From Octopus vulgaris (Eukaryota), in assembly GCA_951406725.2 (NCBI GenBank), contig OX597818.1:15438001-15502000 (forward strand): DNA of 64,000 bases, read 5' to 3'. The position numbers and the translations under genes were made by a program. The notes beneath the pieces were generated by a model. That model was not told where the DNA came from, did no database searches, and worked only from the letters and a program-made list of their open reading frames with translations. Below are positions 1 through 14,232 of this stretch, in pieces (position 1 is the stretch's first letter; every line of letters begins with the position of its first letter).

Positions 1-1791
1 GTCCAGGAATCGAAACCACAATCTTATGATCATAATGCTGACACCCTAACAACTAAGCCGCGTGCCTCCACAAAAAGTGGATTACCATTCATAAAATGTA
101 TAGTGCATACATGCATACATATATATATGTGTTTATAAATATATACAAAAACAACACATCCAATAAGAACTACTGTATCTAACATTAAATTGATTAGAGA
201 AAGAAAGGAAAGAGATGGATGTATAAAGAGAGGGAGAGATGGGGCTAGATTTCATTTAAAGAGAAAAATGGATAACTAGATAGAGAGAAAGTATGTGAAA
301 AGGAAAGAGACACACACATCTTACATTTGTTTGTAACATGAGAAATTTTGAATATATTCTTGAAAGTATTTTTTAGTAGTTTATTCAGTGAAGGAAGGCA
401 ATTCTCAGTCTCTTTTCAGGGTTCCCAGGCCGTTGGGAGAGAGAGCTTAGAAGTTATCCTTATGCTAAAATCCTGGCCCAAATACTTGAAATAGACTGGG
501 TTTTACTAGAGGTATCCAAAGGCCTGATGATGGTTTTAAACTTGTTGGCAGACCATGTCAGTCAATGAGAAACAGGCACCATCACAGTTCTTGGTTTCAA
601 CATGGTTTCCATTTATTGTATTTTAATTATACACTGCTTTGGTTGACAATGAATGACATAAGCGACACTTGCCTAAGTACTGCACAGTGGGATTGAACTT
701 GGAACCACTTTGTTGTGGGTATGTGATAAGATTCAAAGCATTCAGCAGAACATAGCTTCAGTAATCTAATTTGTAATCTACTTTTAGATATAAAGATGAA
801 AATTTAACTTTAAACTGATTAACTCAGTGTGTGTGTGTGTTGCACATATGCATTTTTGTGTGTTCATGTGTATACATATGCTTTGTGAATTCAAGTTTGT
901 AAAATGGGTTCAAGACCAAAACTGTACAAAGACTTCACACTGTTTGTAAGCTAGTCACACACGAAAGTGAAACTATACAGAAGCCGAAATAATGAAGAAA
1001 AAATTGACAGGAAATGTTTGATATACAGTGAGGAGAGTATCAAGAAAACAAGGAGAAAAAAGTGTAGGGCAGAGGGTGAAATCATGAGGGTAAACCTTAA
1101 TAAGGGATCTTTTTGTCATTCTATTTTATTACTGACATAGTTAGAATCAAAGATTTTTAAAATCCTGAATTAAGTTTTACTAAATGGCTAAGTTTTGTAA
1201 TGCAGCACACTAGTTCTTTTTTGTGTTTTTATTCCTGAACTATTCTGCACCATATATCATCATCTGTCATATTCATATACTTCCTAAGAGAAACCCATCG
1301 CCCTGCCAGAGTAGTACCACTCACCTTAAGAACGACATGTTTAGAATGAAATTATATTTGGTTTATATTTAATGATAGCTGAAAGTTTGTTTGACTAATG
1401 AATATGGTAAAAGACACTTGTTTACGGTACAACACAATAGGATTGAACCTGAATCCACTTAATTGTGGAAATGTGATAAGATTCCAAACATCCAACAGAA
1501 CATAGCTTCACTGGTCAAATTTCTAATGTGTGGGTGTGCATGTGTATATATGTAAGAGTATATATATATGTTCTCATGAGTATGCTTATTCAAGTTTGTA
1601 AAATGGATTTTACACCAAAATTCAAAAGTTCTAAAAACATTTTATACAAACAGTCTAACTAAAACAAACATAGAGATGGCACCACACCTTAAATTCAAAA
1701 TTACAGAAACTGAATTTAGAGTTAATGAAAAGGAAATTCATAACAAAACTTATAGAAACAGATTAAATATGTTTACTGTTAATATACTCAC

Positions 1792-1984
1792 CAAACCAAA
1801 CCCAACATGCACATTACTGTAAGTGATTTATTAAGTATGGTGTTATGTACCAAAATAATGAAATGGTAATAGGATAAAACAGAAACATTTGTGAATGAAA
1901 TTATAGAAAATAAAAATCCCAGAAATCTCATGCAATTTAATAAAATTATAAACAGCTGGCTTGAATATTCCAAAGAAGCATTTC
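1792..1984 (-). other. Probable non-coding 3' UTR exon of the host gene
   Basis: Strong acceptor tttctttttctcctggtgcag| and donor |gtgagt; separated from exon K by a putative 80-bp intron (1985-2064, ag|gtgatt). Confidence 0.45.
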
Positions 1985-2067
1985 CTGCACCAGGAGAAAA
2001 AGAAACAAACAGTTAAGGGGAAGAAGAAATAAGAGAAAACAATGCTATGCTAAGAGTGAATCACCTA

Positions 2068-2218
2068 TTATAGGGATGTAGCATTGTTATTGATAGTGCC
2101 ATCTGTTGTTCTTGGATTGGGGGAGTTCTTAAGCTGATGAAGCATTTCTCGTTGGTTAGCAAGCCGTCTTTCACGAAGGTCTGTCAGATTATAGGACACC
2201 ATTTTAATGTTGCCATAT
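2068..2218 (-). CDS. Host gene exon K: last coding exon, ends ...NNNATSL*
   Basis: tttcacttccag|; phase 2 start gives RYGNIKMVSYNLTDLRERRLANQREMLHQLKNSPNPRTTDGTINNNATSL followed by TAA TAG. Confidence 0.75.
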
Positions 2219-3899
2219 CTGGAAGTGAAATTTAACCAAAGAAATTGACACTAGATGAATGGAATTAAAGAATTTTCAGTAATGCAATTAGTTCTTATGA
2301 TTCTCTTCAACCCCATCTCTCACATTATATTTCCTTGTCATGGGTTCCTCTAATACTCATTAGTGAACATATCATTTTCTTTTTAATATATCTACATGGT
2401 TGCAATAACCATGTCAATATACATCAAATGTAGGATTGTGGATTCAGAATACAATGAGCAATACCTGATTTGGATATCCAGTTTGATGGATCATTTGTCC
2501 CTTTCAACTCCAAGCATTCAATTGTTTTGTCAACTAAACAGCCAAAACTGTTAAATATGTAAGTGGCTGAGTATTCCAAAGACACGTAAACCGTTGAATA
2601 ATTCTAAACCAAAACAGTATGACAATGCCAGACCATCTGAGAGGGTTCCACACAGTTTCTATTAATCCAATTTCACTCACAAGACTTTGAAAATTACCCT
2701 TATTCAAGATGTTAACACAATGACATGGTTTGAATTGAAATTTTTTAACAATTTATCAATACTTGCATCCAAGATTTTTCAGTTTACTTCTAATAAATTA
2801 TATTGACGATATAAATTTGATTCAGATGATTTGTGTATTTGTACCTTTAGTCCTTTTATTTCTGACAACTTGTTCAGTTTTTTCATATCATTGACAATCT
2901 TCTGTAGTTCTCTGATTTCTAATTTTCTCCTTGTCTAAACATATTTTTATACATCTGTGATTCTGTAGTGCAATGTATCTTTTCTTTTTTTTAAGATAGT
3001 CGGGTCTGATTTGAAGGAGATTAAGATTAGTCTACTTTTTTAAGCAAGTAAAAGTAACCACAGATAAGGTCCTTGGAACTATTTATTTTGTTGCTGTTGT
3101 TGACAAGTAGTTTCAGAACTTTGAATCAGATAGTGCTATAGCATGAAAATGATTAGAATTTGGAAGTAGGTAACAGTTCCTGCACTATAAACATGTTAAA
3201 GTTCTGGAAGTTGTTATGCCAACATCAATCAGCTTAATGGTTAAACTATTGGACCTATGATAATAAGGTCATCCCTGCACAAGGCAACACAGTCACCTTG
3301 GACAAAATACTCCATTTCATGTTGCTTTACTCCATTCAGTTGCATCTACTGCATACTCACCCAAAATCCAATAAATACAAAACGTCAAGAGACCTTGCTT
3401 GCAACTACACACTAGAGGATAGTGTGTTATGTAGATAGTCAGCTAAACAAACAACTAAATGAGATCTACAGACATGTAGCTCTCAATATTTCCTTCTACA
3501 CGCCTGCTAATATGACTGTATATCTTGTGTGTAGCTAAATATGTATTTGTAGTGGTTGTAATAGCTATAAAATAGAGATTAGCTATGGGCTGTATCCATC
3601 CCAACTATTGATTATTTATTTAATTTATATCACAATTTATGAATAATCGCATCATTGATTGTAGTTTTCTCAAAGAAAGGAGCATCTACAATCTGGTGCC
3701 AAAGACTTAATTGTAAGAAAAGATTCTTCAAAGAGAAATAATTTTTCACCAAATTTTACATCCTTTGCCAATATACATTGGCAAAAAATATAAACATAAA
3801 TATGTACCTAGCCAAAGCCTTTCTGAGTAGATTTAGCTGATGGAAACTGAAAGAAATCCATCACACATACATACATAAATACATACATACATACATACA

Positions 3900-3933
<34 letters not shown>

Positions 3934-4534
3934 CATACATCCCATGATAGTTATACACAAATGTTAATCATGTAAATGGTGTCCATTTACAATCAACCAT
4001 GAAATATGTCAGGTCATAAGGGAATATTCACTCACTTCGAGGCAAGTGAAGGGTTAACAACAGGAAGGGCATCCAGCCATGACAAAAAAAAACCACCTCA
4101 GCAAATTCCATCTGACCCATAGAAGCATGGAAAAGTGGACATTAAAAGAACAATGACAATATTGATGATGCACACTTTCCATCTATCAAAATTCCACTCA
4201 TGAGGCATTGGTCAACCTGAAACTTTAGTTGAGGACACTTTAGTAGTAGGTGCCACACAGAGGATCAAATCCAGAATCCCATGGTTGCGAAACAAACATC
4301 TTAACCACTTAGCCATGATTGCAAGGATTTTCAAAGATATTTTCAATGACTAAAATTAAGAATGACCAATTCAAGTGCCCAGCGCCTGCAGTAACCACTA
4401 TAGAACTATATAAATAAAAAAATCTCTTGGATCATTGTATGGAAACCATGTAAATATGATAAACCAAGCTGCAGCTGTAAAAAAGATAGAAAATATATAA
4501 ATATGAAACCAAAGCATAAAAATATTAATTGCAG

Positions 4535-4551
4535 AAGCAGCAGCAGTAATA

Positions 4552-4599
<48 letters not shown>

Positions 4600-4721
4600 T
4601 AGTAGCAGTAGTAGCAGTAGCAGTAGTAGTAGAAGTAGCAGATACTGGAAGAAGTAATAGTAGCAGCAACAGTTGTAGTAGTAGTAGTAGTTGTTGTAGT
4701 AGCAGCACCAGCAAAAGTAGC

Positions 4722-4768
<47 letters not shown>

Positions 4769-4980
4769 CAGCAGCAGCAGCAAAAGAAGTAATAGTAACA
4801 GCAGCAGCAACAGTAGTAGTAGTAGTAGTAGTAGTAGCAGCAGCAGCAGCAGCAATAGCAGCAGCAACAGCAGCAGCAGCAACAGCAGTAGCAGCAGGGG
4901 TAAAAGTAGCAGTTACCCCAAGAATACTAGCAGCAGCAATAAGAACAACAGTAGTAGTAGTAGTAGTAGTAGTAGTAGTC
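4535..4980. repeat. Compound (AGT)n/(AGC)n microsatellite
   Basis: Read directly; explains the poly-T/L/S/V ORFs. Confidence 0.97.
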
Positions 4981-5512
4981 AGCTCAGTAAACATCACTTT
5001 AAGTAAGTGGCTACTATATAATAATTAGAATGTGTCTATTTGCTAATTAGGAATTTATTAGTATTAACAGCTACCGTAAAACATTGAGTCGTTGATATTG
5101 TTGTTGAACAAGACTTGTTAGAAAACAAATCTTAAGAAATTTAGCCAAAGTATGAAAATTCAATTTTATGTGAAATCAATTCTTTATGATAGAGAATTAT
5201 TTCCACTTTTTGTTTAAGAAAATTAGCGGCTAACAATTACCACAAGGTTTTTTTTGTTTTTTGTTTTAAACCATTTAGCATTCAGCTTATTCTGTCAAAT
5301 GTATTACTTATTTATTCACATTGTTTTGAATTTATCACCTATTATCTTGTAGCTTTGATATTTCAATGATGTAATTGTTTATTTTAAGAATAACATTATA
5401 GGATATGTGTGAGAGGCTGGATCTGACCAGCATTTAACAGGTAGACTATTTGAGCCTGATATGACCAGTTTCAATACTAAAGGATTAAATTTTCAATTTT
5501 TTTTTGCATACA

Positions 5513-5513
5513 C

Positions 5514-5544
<31 letters not shown>

Positions 5545-5886
5545 GTTTAACGTCCGTTTTCCATGCTAGAATGGGTTGGACGGTTCAACTGGGGTCTGGG
5601 AAGCCAGGAGGCTGTGCCAGGCCCAGTCTGATCTGGCAGTGTTTCTACAGCTGGATGTCCTTCCTAACACCAACCACTCCGAGAGTGTAGTGGCTGCTTT
5701 TTATGTGCCACCTGCACAGGTGCCAGACGAGGCTGGCAAACAGCCACAATCGGATGGTGCTTTTTACGTGCCACTGGCACGGGGGCCAGACGAGGCTGGC
5801 AACAGCCACAATCGGATGGTGCTTTTTACGTGCCACTGGCACGGAGGCCAGTTGGGGCGGCACTAGCATCGGCCACGGTGCACTTT
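5513..5886 (-). mobile_element. 5'-truncated RTE 3' UTR copy (about 3 repeat units)
   Basis: (cat)n-gtttaacgtccg...gtgccagacgaggctggc units match 21101-21740. Confidence 0.85.
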
Positions 5887-8800
5887 GGTCATCCTTTTCT
5901 GAGAAGTAGGCAACATGAATCACCGCTCATCTTCAGGTGGACCACACTGCTAAAAAGATTCAAAGTAATTTTTCATGTGGCATGCCATTCAGTTTGTCCA
6001 TGACTGATTAAAATTAATGCCATTGAAGTCTATTTGAGTTATTTCCCATATTTCTCTTTCTGCAATTATGCAAGTTATTTTGATGCAAATGTCTTCCCAA
6101 TGCTATTTTTACTTGAAAAAGAAATCTGTCCACTAATTAAAGCAGGTTTGAGAAGACTATGCTTTTCTGATAAAGTCTAATAAGACAGAAACATATCTGA
6201 AGCTATCAGCATGAATGTTAGCAAAGATGTTTTTTCCCTGAGCTTGTAAGGTCAGTTTTTTGTGTGAAATAAATTCTTCCTTTCTTTTTCCTGAAAGGTG
6301 CTAGCACTTATCATTAGATTTATATATTTTTGGCTCTGTGGTAAAAATTTTGCTTCCTAACCACATGGTTGTGGGTTCATCCCCACTGTGTAGCACCTTG
6401 AGTAAGTGTCTTCTATAGTCTCAGGCCAACCAAAACTTTGTGAGTGGATTTGGTAGACAGAAACTGAAAGGAGCCCATCATATGAGTGTGTGTGTATTTT
6501 GTGTGTGTGTATGTGCATGTGTGTGTGTATGTGCATGTGTGTGTGTATGTGCATGTGTGTGTGTGGGGGGGTCCCTACCACTACTTGACAACCAGTGTTG
6601 ATGAGTTTACATCCCCATAACTTAGCTGTTCAGCAAAAGAAACTAATAGAATAAGTACCAAGTGTAACAAAAAAAAAAAAAAAAAAGACTAGGGTTGATT
6701 CATTTGACTAAAATTCTTCAAGACAGTGCCCCAGCATGGCTGCAGTCTAATGACTGAAACAAGTAAAACATAAAAGATAAAATAAAAGTAAAATTCGATT
6801 GATTTAGATTTTCTATTTTTTTTGCATACATCATTCAACACATCTCCCCACTCACTAAATAATCTCCATTCCTGCCATCAACCCAATTCAATTATTTTCA
6901 ATTTTTCGTGTCTTAAGTTTTGTAATTAAAGAATTTGTTCCATCATTGTCCAAATATTGGCTTTTGAAGCAAAACTTTTAAAAATTTAAGATTAAAACAT
7001 GCACTGGTCGTTTGAAAGATGTTTAGGGTGTTGACATGGTTCTCGTCATTATTGTTTAACCCCAAGTGGATCTGGTGCCAACTCAAGACAGTTGTCATGG
7101 GACCTTAATGCATTCTGTGACTTGCTTCCAGTTAATAAATACTATAGGTCCCATACTTTGCTTTGCTTATAGGGCTGTTGAGATGGCCCTGATTAGACTG
7201 AGCAGATCTATGAACAATAGCCATTTCCTCTATAACAGTCTATCTTTCATTTTTTTCAAACATAGTGTCCCTCAGTCTATAATATCTTGTGAAACATTTT
7301 CTTAACATTTATATTATTCTTTAACATTTTATATTATTCTATCAAAAGTAATGCTTATATATTCACATTATTTTGAATTACTCATGTATTATCTGACAGC
7401 TTACAGAGTTCAATGATGTGACTGTATATGTTTAGAATGACAAAAGTTGGGTAGGTGTGAGAGGCTAGATCTGGCCCGTTTGAACACAAAACAGTAAGAT
7501 TATTTGGGCCAGATATAGCCAGTTTAAATGCTAAAGGGTTAAGCTGATTGGTGAGATTTAAAGGAGATCTATTTACTATCCGAAGTATGTTGAGCAGGCA
7601 CATAGAGACATATTTCTCAACCTGTTTACCTTTGGAGACTCCTTGAAATATATTCTATAATTCAAAGTACCCCTACATAAAAATTTCTATAACAATTTGT
7701 GATGAACAGCAGAAGTAGTACTAGGTTAATCCTACTTAAAGCATTTCATCTTCATCAATTGCAAATATCTACTAGCAACTGCTAAGACAAAATAAGCCAC
7801 AACTGATATAGTAAAACAGTGCTGGCTAATCGCAACATCAGTAATTTTGTCTTAGCATGCAGAGATTTGTGGACATTTGCTACTGATAAAGCCCAAAGAG
7901 GCAGGGATACATATTTATTAATGCCACCACTGCTGCTGGGCGATTTTCATCTGACACTGATATATTTTTAACTCTATACATCCTTATGAGATACTGTCTC
8001 AAGAAAAAATCACTGTTTATCAGGCTTTCAACAATGTGCATGCTTTAAGCATGATACAGATTGCTACTTTAAAAATGATTATATTTGTTTACTAATATTT
8101 TGTCTTTCTCTTTCAAAAGGCTGAAACTAGTTTATGCCAAAAATAACTGAAGGTTTTCTTAAATTTACTAACAATAAGAAAAATAAAAAAAAGAACAGAA
8201 ATCAGCTTGTTCACAAAACTTTTTGATAAGGATTTCATTTGCACAATAAAATATCAAACATATCCAGTATTCACAAAAAATATATATGTATCTTTGTATA
8301 TAAAACATCAGATTCCATGAAGAAAGTTTAAAGAAATTTCATCCTAACTAAAACATTGTTTAGACTAAATTCCTCAATATTTCCCAATTAAGAGATGCTT
8401 CTTTTTCCTCTAGGGTTTCCTTACCACCTAAAGATGTCAGGATTTCCCTACTTTAGGGAATATATTGTACATCATAATCATCATTTAACTACTGCTTTCC
8501 ATGTGCATGTATAATAAAATTTTAGATATGGAATTAAACACAAAAATAATTTGAAAAATATATTTGTATTTAATTAGTCTATTTGTCACAATATTTCAGA
8601 CAACTCCTAGTGACTTTATAAGGACACCTAGGCTTCCAGGGAAATGTGGCTGAGAAATACTGGCATAATGTTTCCTCATTAGCTCCAAGAGTCTAATAGT
8701 CTGTTGCCAGTGAATTTTATGCCAGAGTTTGTGGTCTGTCCCCTGTAGTTTAGTAAACTAGGCCAAGTAGAATGAAATGTGCTGTAAGAATTTTGACTTC

Positions 8801-9737
8801 TCATTAGAAAAATTTCTTGAAACTTTGGCAGATCCTCTGACTAAATTTTAAAAAGGGCAGTGCTTATGAGCTTTCTTTGTATGGTCTCCAAAACTGATTA
8901 GAGAAAGAGAGGAACTCATGGATTACTGTTAGGCTGAAGACTTGATCTCAATACTTTTCATGAAGTGAGCTCTGATTAAGGAACCCAATGACAAGGTGGT
9001 GGTGCTAAGCCAGATGATGCATTACATTTAGAAACCTCTTAAATTCTTGACCAATGAATCTCAAGTTAGATACTCTGAACTAGCATAAAACCAATTGAAC
9101 TAATCCTTTTCTGTTTGGCTGTTTAGCTAGGTAATGACACAAGACCATAGCTAATTTATTCGAGACTTTTGTCATGTTGTTGGTAATGTAACATTTCCCC
9201 TAGCTCAGACTTCAATAGATAAGTTTTCTTGGTGCAGTCTTCTATTTGATAATGCAGTGGTTCCATTTTGAGTCTGTTCTAACAGTAGGCTCATAATACA
9301 ATATGTTGCATTATCCCTGTTTCATAACTGGGCCCTTCCTCAGTGAATAGAATTTCAAGAGTAGAACATACAAGGATCAAGAGCACAACCAATCCTTCTC
9401 AAAAACAAATGGCATAAAACATGCATTAATTTTTGATAATATATATGCATGCTTAGCAAGTTATTTAATCTAAGATTCTATAATGAAATTATTATGGTTT
9501 GTTCATATTTATAAATCTGTCTTATCCAGGGTTAGCTTTTTTTCATTTCCTCACTCTGTCTGCTTCATTTTTATCTCCAATTCCCTCTTCCTTTTTCACT
9601 CTGTCTCTGTCTGTCTGTCTCCCCCCTCTCTCCCTCTCTCTTCTTTCTCTCACTCTGTCATTTACTTTCAATTTTTTCTATGATAATGGCACACAAAATG
9701 AAGGTAAACTGATAACAGAAATAAATGTGTATTTTAC

Positions 9738-9798
9738 CTGCTTGGCGTCTTCCCATTGCCAGTAATGACTATTGGTGATATTTTTTTAACTTTGTTGC
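9738..9798 (-). CDS. Host gene exon J: cytoplasmic tail
   Basis: ttctatag| ... |gtaaaa; GNKVKKISPIVITGNGKTPS; phase 1-2, bridging exons I and K. Confidence 0.75.
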
Positions 9799-10662
9799 CT
9801 ATAGAATAATAAAAATTCATTTCTGGTTATACAATGGTATAGTGATCATCTTATTATAGACGTTAAAACACATACATATTCTGTTACTTTATTATTTATT
9901 ATAGTTTTCTCTGGTAATAAGAGGAATATAATAGCAGTTAAAGGTTTATTTTTTATTTTTGTACATATGTTCATTAATACTCTACTTCACTGCAACTCTT
10001 GAAATTCAAAATATATTATTTACAGTCACATATTTGGACTAGTATCATCTTGGTAGTTACTCTCTAAGCTTCTTCAGTGACTGAGCACTCCACAGACATG
10101 TATACTCTCAACATAATTCTCAGGGAGATTCAGCATGACACAGAATGCAACAAGGCCGGCCCTTTGAAATACAGGTACTACAGGTACTAATGTTTAAGCA
10201 CAGCATAAACATCCCAACCTAAATGCATTGCTGAGAAACTTGGATGCATATCCTATCCAAAAAAGAAATAGTTATTTTTTGGATAGAAGAAATAGTTATT
10301 TTTGGATAGAAAACACCTGTCAAAAGAAATAGTTCCTTATAAGTTGTGAATAACTTCTCTTTACTTATGCCTCAAGTGTATATGTTAATCATGATATAGA
10401 CATGCTTTTCACTATCATGCAGCATCGTCATCTGATTGATTCAACATTCATGAAAATTAAAGTAATGACAGAAGTCATCAGATCAATATAAATAATTATA
10501 CTCTACACATCTACACAATATATCAAGTATTTTCTGTCTTGTTCATCAAGATACAAAATCCAAATGAATACAGCCTTATTTAAATACAAGCAAAAATCTT
10601 CTCTGTTACTCAAATCTGCCAACCTACCACCCACTAAATTTATATACATAAGGTTTACTTAC

Positions 10663-10797
10663 CACAAGGGCAACGTTTCTTCAGATGCTTCCAGAAGTAA
10701 ACCACGAGAATTATCGCCAAAAGCAATAGTGTTAGGACAACTACTATAGTAACAATTGCAGCTGTTCTAAGTTTAGTATTATCACTTTTTTTCTCCG
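10663..10797 (-). CDS. Host gene exon I: transmembrane helix
   Basis: gttttccag| ... |gtaagt; AEKKSDNTKLRTAAIVTIVVVLTLLLLAIILVVYFWKHLKKRCPC, a hydrophobic run followed by a basic stop-transfer; phase 1-1. Confidence 0.88.
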
Positions 10798-11529
10798 CTG
10801 GAAAACATCAGTACATTTATTGATTAGTTCTGGCTTCTAGTTTGAATAACAAAGATAATATTCACTTATAATGAACTATTGAGTTCAAGACAAATAGCAG
10901 AATAAATTTTATGTCATGTGGGAGAAGAGAAGTATGATGGTTCCACTAACATCCGTTTTACTGTATAGAGATTATGTCCACTAGTGTTGCAGGGTAAATA
11001 AAATTATCAATGCCACAAGGCAATGAATTGGTAAAGACAATAGAGTGTCAGATAGAATGTTTTATAATTATTGTTTCTGTACTTTATGCTATGAGTTCAA
11101 ATCCTGCCAAAGAATTTTTGTCACTAAAATCCTCTTGTTCACAACAAATGAAATACCTGTCCAGAGTGGTGGGTTAGTACAATTATTAGAGTTTCAGATG
11201 AAGTCCCTTGTCTTCACTGTTCTAGGTTGTTTATTTTCTGAGTTCAAATTCAATCTCTTCTCACAAACTTCACCATGCTAGGAATGATGCGACAAAAGGC
11301 TAACAAAAGCACCTCCATGTTGAATGTAGATTAATTCAGAAGAATTAGATTTATGATATTAGGTCAAAGTTAAAACAAATTGGAAGTTTACTTCATATAC
11401 TGGTTTAATGGCCAATTAACTCAAAGCAAGATGTTATCAACATATACAAACTTGGTAGAAATAGAAGTTGAACCTCTTTCTCTGATAGAAGTAACTCAGC
11501 TAATGAAAATAACAGTTAAATCTTTCACA

Positions 11530-11564
<35 letters not shown>

Positions 11565-12309
11565 ATTACACTCAGACATCTTAAAAATAAAGGAAAGATG
11601 TATTTAGTAGTGCACTCCTTAGTACAGTGTCTTCAGATAAAAGGATCAAAGGCAAAGTTGACTTAGGTAGGAGTTGAACTAAGTTCTCAAAGTGTTGGTG
11701 TAAAAGGCTGTAAAGCTACTACAGTCATAATTGGAAAGGGCTGGTCAAATGTTAGCATGATCAAAGATGAGCTGGAGTTAAAACAACAATACATATAGCA
11801 GTTGATCCAAGTGAGCCTCTATACAATCACTCCAGCAACTAGATATATCAGCTAAATCTCTTTATCTTTACCAAATTGCACATTATGTCTTAGTTGTATA
11901 ATGGATTTTCTTCACAATTTCTGTCAACCAAATTTTATTCATAATATATAGTTCGACTTAAGTCTACAGTTGAAGCCACTTGTCTAAGGTGATACCCAGG
12001 GGGATTGAACTCAGAACTACGAATTTGTGAAGTGAAATGCTTAATAACATAGCCATTACTTGTGGCCATAGATTATGCTAATAATTTGTAAATTCACAAT
12101 TGTTAATGGTATTGTATTACTGCTTTAACAGAGCAGCCACTGGAGAATGGAATTGTGATGTCATACATATTGGATTCTAAGTAAATATTCTGAAAAGGGG
12201 ATAAATATATAGACCAAAGGTTGTAGTTGATAATTTAGTGGTTTGTAATATTCCTTTGGAGAAATCACATTTTTTAATGCTTGTGGTTGTGTGGTAAGAA
12301 ATTGCTTCC

Positions 12310-14232
12310 GGTTCCGGTTGTTAGTTGTTCTTCACTCGCCTGTTGAAGTTTTTTGAAAATTTCTGTAGATTATACAAAGGCCAGGAGTACCTTTTGGCCG
12401 AAAAAAAAAAAAAAGAAAATTATTGAAAATTTTACCTTTTCGGCCGAAAATTAATTTCTTTGCCAGAATTTGAACTCTCCTCTTCAACGCTTTCATTCAT
12501 TAAAAAAAAAAAAAAAAAAAAAAAAATTATTGAAAATTTTATTCTCTGTGGATATACAAAGGCCAGGAGTACCTTTCGGTCGAAAATTGTTTTCTTTGCT
12601 ATCATTTGAACTCTTCTTCGTGTCTATCATTTGGTTTGGAACAAAAACTTTATTGAACTGTTATTTTATTTTTTTCTTCCCTTCTGTTGTATCTTTCCTT
12701 CTTTTTTTGTGTCTTTCCTCATTTTTCTATTTTTGAACTATATTTGAACTTTACTTAAAAATGGCGAAGGAATTTCTTGTGTGGGACTTAACACCTCCCA
12801 AAACATGGCTAAAATAGCTTGAAAGGAAGACGGTGGTGTTGAGGACTTATTCAAAGTTGCTCGACACCATAACCGTCTTCCCGAAGGCCACAATTTTGAA
12901 TGAGCTGGCAGATTACATGCCAGCCATTAAATTTATTTCACGGGGAGTCAAGTATGCAACAGTCTGGTTGCTATTTGACTCCCCCCAAGAAGCTTGCGAT
13001 TTTGCAAGCCGGCCCCTTGAGGGGAAGGAAATAATGTTTCTTCCCAGTTATTGTGGAAAGAAGTTAACGAGGGCTTGGATCTGCGGTTTGCCACCCGGAA
13101 TTGAGCCCAAGTGGATAGAGGACTCTATCCGCCGGGGTCTGGGTAGTAGCAGTACCAAGCTGCTTAATGTGAAAGTGATGCCTGCAGCTGATTGGGAGGG
13201 GTCAAAAGCTGTGTTGACCCTATGGACCCAATCAGCCGAAAGTCTGGTCTTTCCAGATTTTTTGAGGATGGCCGGGTCTAGGTATCCGGTGATGCTCAAG
13301 GGACGCTCCCTCAAGTGTCACCTATTCCTGGAGACCGGCCACATTAAGAAAAACTGCCCCAAGGACCAAAATAGGATCCTGGAGCAGTTAATAGTGGAAT
13401 CTCTCCCTGCTCCCTCAATGGAGGGAGAGAAGGAGGAGGTTTCCACCTCCTCGAAAAAACGAAAACAAAAGGTGGGCAACAATGGTTGCCCACTGGAGGA
13501 CCTGAGAGCTGCAGGAGAAAAGGAGGACCTGCTGCATGCATCACGGGAACCTCACACTCTCGCGGCCCAGGGGAAAAAGAAAAAAAGAAAGAAGAAAAAT
13601 GGGACGTTGCCGGCAGGTTGTGACATGTGGCCAGTGTGTCCCAATCTTCCTCTGGCGGGTGTGCTGCTGGAGGATGAATTTGTGGTGGTCTTCCACAAAG
13701 GAGGAACCATAGAAAATGAAGTCAAGAAAATGTAAAGGAGGGGCCGATGGGAGGGACTTCTGTCCTGCACGGAGGATCCTGAGTGGCCTTCACAGGCGGC
13801 TGCGGAAGTCCTATGGGATAGTGATCTGTGCAGGATCATGAATTCCTTCCCAGAGGACTACTACAGATATATATATACCTGTGTGGTCCGGCCTGGAACC
13901 GAGTACATGCTTCAATAAAGCAAGGATACTGATCAGCCGGATAACCTGAACGAGTCTAGAAAATGTGAAATATGGGACTTTTTGTGTGTTTTAAAAGAGA
14001 AAAAAGAATTCTGAACATTGTGTTGTTTAAGTAAGAGGTTTATTGCCTCATTGTGTTTTGGGGGAAAAAGGAAAAAAGAACATTGTTTTAGAGAAGCGAA
14101 AGTCGGCGGGCACTTTTCGTCTTCTCCCATCATCATCATTTTTGCATCACCATCATTCATACCATTAATGTCCGTGTCCAGCCCACAAAGCTTCCATCTG
14201 TGTGATGCCCTTGTGGCAAATTATATGAAATA
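12310..14232 (+). mobile_element. ORF1-only (HAL1-like) L1/Tx1-clade derivative
   Basis: ORF1-like frame 12761-13918 with two in-frame stops and a degenerate zinc knuckle (CHLFLETGHIKKNCPK); no ORF2; Tx1-type 3' end (gcccttgtggc...aataaagaa); about 14-bp TSD aagaa(at/gc)t(t)gcttcc on both sides. Confidence 0.72.

Noticed and set aside
1788-1973. Hydrophobic ORF resembling GPCR TM3-TM4
   Set aside because: No DRY-like motif, no partner exons found, and it follows the host stop codon; T-rich UTR sequence explains the hydrophobicity
4398-5006. Long poly-Thr/Leu/Ser ORFs, and similar ORFs at 22286, 36046, 44636 and 52458
   Set aside because: Translations of microsatellites
5576-5923. Recurrent ORFs (MDGSTGVWEARR...) also at 21140, 29315 and 33242
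   Set aside because: Antisense readings of the GC-rich RTE 3' UTR; starts and frames are not conserved between copies
7755-7890. 14-bp inverted repeat tgctaagacaaaat
   Set aside because: Short and degenerate; no precursor-like continuous stem
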